Source of the DNA: an uncultured delta proteobacterium
GTDB taxonomy: Bacteria; Myxococcota_A; UBA9160; SMWR01
Direction of reading: 5' to 3'
NCBI GenBank assembly: GCA_963832165.1
Contig: CAWHTE010000002.1
Span: 224,001 to 288,000, forward strand
DNA length: 64,000 nt
Shown here: positions 62,557 to 64,000 of the stretch, in pieces
Layout: each line of letters begins with the position of its first letter
How positions within the stretch are numbered: position 1 is the stretch's first letter
The notes under the pieces: model-generated
Databases searched by the model: none
What the model saw: only the letters and a program-made list of their open reading frames with translations
Told to the model about the DNA's origin: nothing
Position numbers and translations under genes: made by a program

Positions 62557-63678
62557 ATGGGGGACGCACCGACGCCGATTCGCATCGGCGAGGGGAGGAT
62601 CAGCGCCGCGATCGCAGTGCTGCTCGGCGCGTGCTCGCTGCTCGCCGTGCTGTGCTTCCACTTTCCCGAGTACCTGACCACCCCGGAGCTGCGCGCGGGA
62701 TACGACGTCGCGCTGCTGCGCAACCTGCTGCGCGCGGGGATGCTGCTCGGCGGTGGTGTTCGGGCGCCGATCGCGGTGCTGCTCGGCCGCTCGAAGCTCG
62801 GCTTCCTCGGCATCGCGCTCACGCTCGCGGCGCAGTGGCTCGGCGGCGCGAACGTCGAGGTCGACGCGTTCGAGCAGCCGCGGATCTCGTTCGGGCTCGA
62901 CTGGCTCGTGCTCGCGCTGCTCGCGAATACGATGCTCTTCGTGTTGATCGAGCGGCTCTGGCCGCTGCACCGCGATCAGCACACATTCCGGTCCGAGTGG
63001 AAGCTCGACCTCACCTACTACGTGTTCAACCACGTGATGGTGAGCGTGATCCTGCTCGTGACCACGCTGTTCTCCGAGCGCCTGTTCGGCTGGGCCGTGA
63101 ACGACACCGTGCAGGCGGCCGTGCAGTCGCAGCCGGTGTGGCTCCAGGCGATCGAGGTGCTGTTCGTCGCGGACCTCACGCAGTACTGGGGCCACCGCAT
63201 GATGCACGAGCACCCGCGCCTGTGGAACTTCCACGCCGTGCATCACTGCCCCGCCGAGATGGACTGGCTCTCGGGCTCGCGGATCCACTTCCTCGAGGTG
63301 CTGTTCACGCGCTCGACCGTGATCACGCCGATCTACCTGCTCGGCTTCGATCCGACCGCGATCAACTTCTACGTGATCTGGGTCGGCATCCAGGGCGTGC
63401 TGATCCACGCCAACACGAGCCTGTCGTTCGGCCCGCTGCGCCACCTGTTCGCGACGCCGCACTTCCACCACTGGCACCACGCGGCCGATGCCGAGGCGAT
63501 CGACAAGAACTACGCCGCGAACCTGCCCGTGCTCGACATGCTGTTCGGCACGTACGTCGACAATCACGGTCGCTGGCCGCAGCGCTACGGCGTCGTCGGC
63601 AAGCCGCTGCCGCGCGGATTTCTCGCGCAGCACCTGTACCCGTTCATCGCGCCGCCCAAGAAGGCGGCCGGCCGCTGA
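62557..63678 (+). CDS. sterol desaturase / fatty acid hydroxylase family protein
   Basis: YWGHRMMH, FHAVHH, HAN, FHHWHH His boxes. Confidence 0.92.
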   Translation: MGDAPTPIRIGEGRISAAIAVLLGACSLLAVLCFHFPEYLTTPELRAGYDVALLRNLLRAGMLLGGGVRAPIAVLLGRSKLGFLGIALTLAAQWLGGANVEVDAFEQPRISFGLDWLVLALLANTMLFVLIERLWPLHRDQHTFRSEWKLDLTYYVFNHVMVSVILLVTTLFSERLFGWAVNDTVQAAVQSQPVWLQAIEVLFVADLTQYWGHRMMHEHPRLWNFHAVHHCPAEMDWLSGSRIHFLEVLFTRSTVITPIYLLGFDPTAINFYVIWVGIQGVLIHANTSLSFGPLRHLFATPHFHHWHHAADAEAIDKNYAANLPVLDMLFGTYVDNHGRWPQRYGVVGKPLPRGFLAQHLYPFIAPPKKAAGR

Positions 63679-63732
63679 AGCTGACGGTCGCGAGCTTCCA
63701 GGTCCACGCGCGACCGCAGCTTAGCGGCCCGC

Positions 63733-64000
63733 TCAGTCGATCCACGCGGCGCAGCGGTCGAGGATCGGCAGCACCACGTCGCGTGCCGAGGGCGGCAGAC
63801 CGAACACCGCGCGCGTGAAGCCCGCGTCGCGGTAGCGCTTCACCTCTTCCTCCTTGCCGGCGACTCCGAACGCCGAGACCTCGAGCGACGCGGGATCGCG
63901 GCCGGCGTCCGCTGCCATCTTCCGGAACTCGGCGACGTGCGCCGCGACGTCGTCGGCGCGGCCCGCGATCGGGATCCAGCCGTTGCCGTATCGCACCGCG
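63733..64000 (-). CDS. LLM class (probably F420-dependent) oxidoreductase, C-terminal part
   Basis: RYGNGWIP...AADAGRDPASLEVS...YRDAGFTR; truncated by the window edge. Confidence 0.7.
   Translation of the reverse strand, partial: AVRYGNGWIPIAGRADDVAAHVAEFRKMAADAGRDPASLEVSAFGVAGKEEEVKRYRDAGFTRAVFGLPPSARDVVLPILDRCAAWID

Noticed and set aside
61208..62569. Apparent LLM oxidoreductase-EamA fusion (453 aa)
   Set aside because: Artefact of the ~62095 frameshift; the EamA-like gene has its own ATG overlapping the LLM stop.

Overview
High-GC (roughly 70% by eye), gene-dense bacterial chromosomal segment with about 55 CDSs. I found no rRNA, tRNA, CRISPR array or mobile element. The gene repertoire (F420/LLM oxidoreductases, Rieske oxygenase, P450, sulfotransferase, DUF1214, PilZ, PEP-CTERM, sigma54 promoters) resembles uncultured Myxococcota/Binatia-like lineages; this is inference only. 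Contents: a lipA-aceE-aceF-lpdA pyruvate dehydrogenase operon, Rrf2-grxD divergent from moaA, a PEP-CTERM surface protein coupled to an orphan GspC-like gene, transporters (SulP, APC, Kup, queuosine-precursor, CPA2), a SET-domain protein, a Tat phosphoesterase/PhoX cluster, a TetR-P450 unit, selD (NADH-dehydrogenase-like fusion), ino1 and glnS. Several genes, including core aceE and aceF, carry frameshifts that look like read or assembly indel errors. The best hidden signal is a gene the ORF track splits in two: an AhpD/CMD-like gene (47535-48113, minus strand) with an in-frame TGA in a CxxU motif followed by a SECIS-like hairpin. It is a probable selenoprotein, translationally coupled between a membrane protein and a GNAT, about 5 kb from selD. 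Other signals are recurrent leaderless-type TANNNT starts, two sigma54 promoters for tiny proteins, a tandem TetR operator, and a dispersed 36-nt repeat lying inside the lipA ORF.
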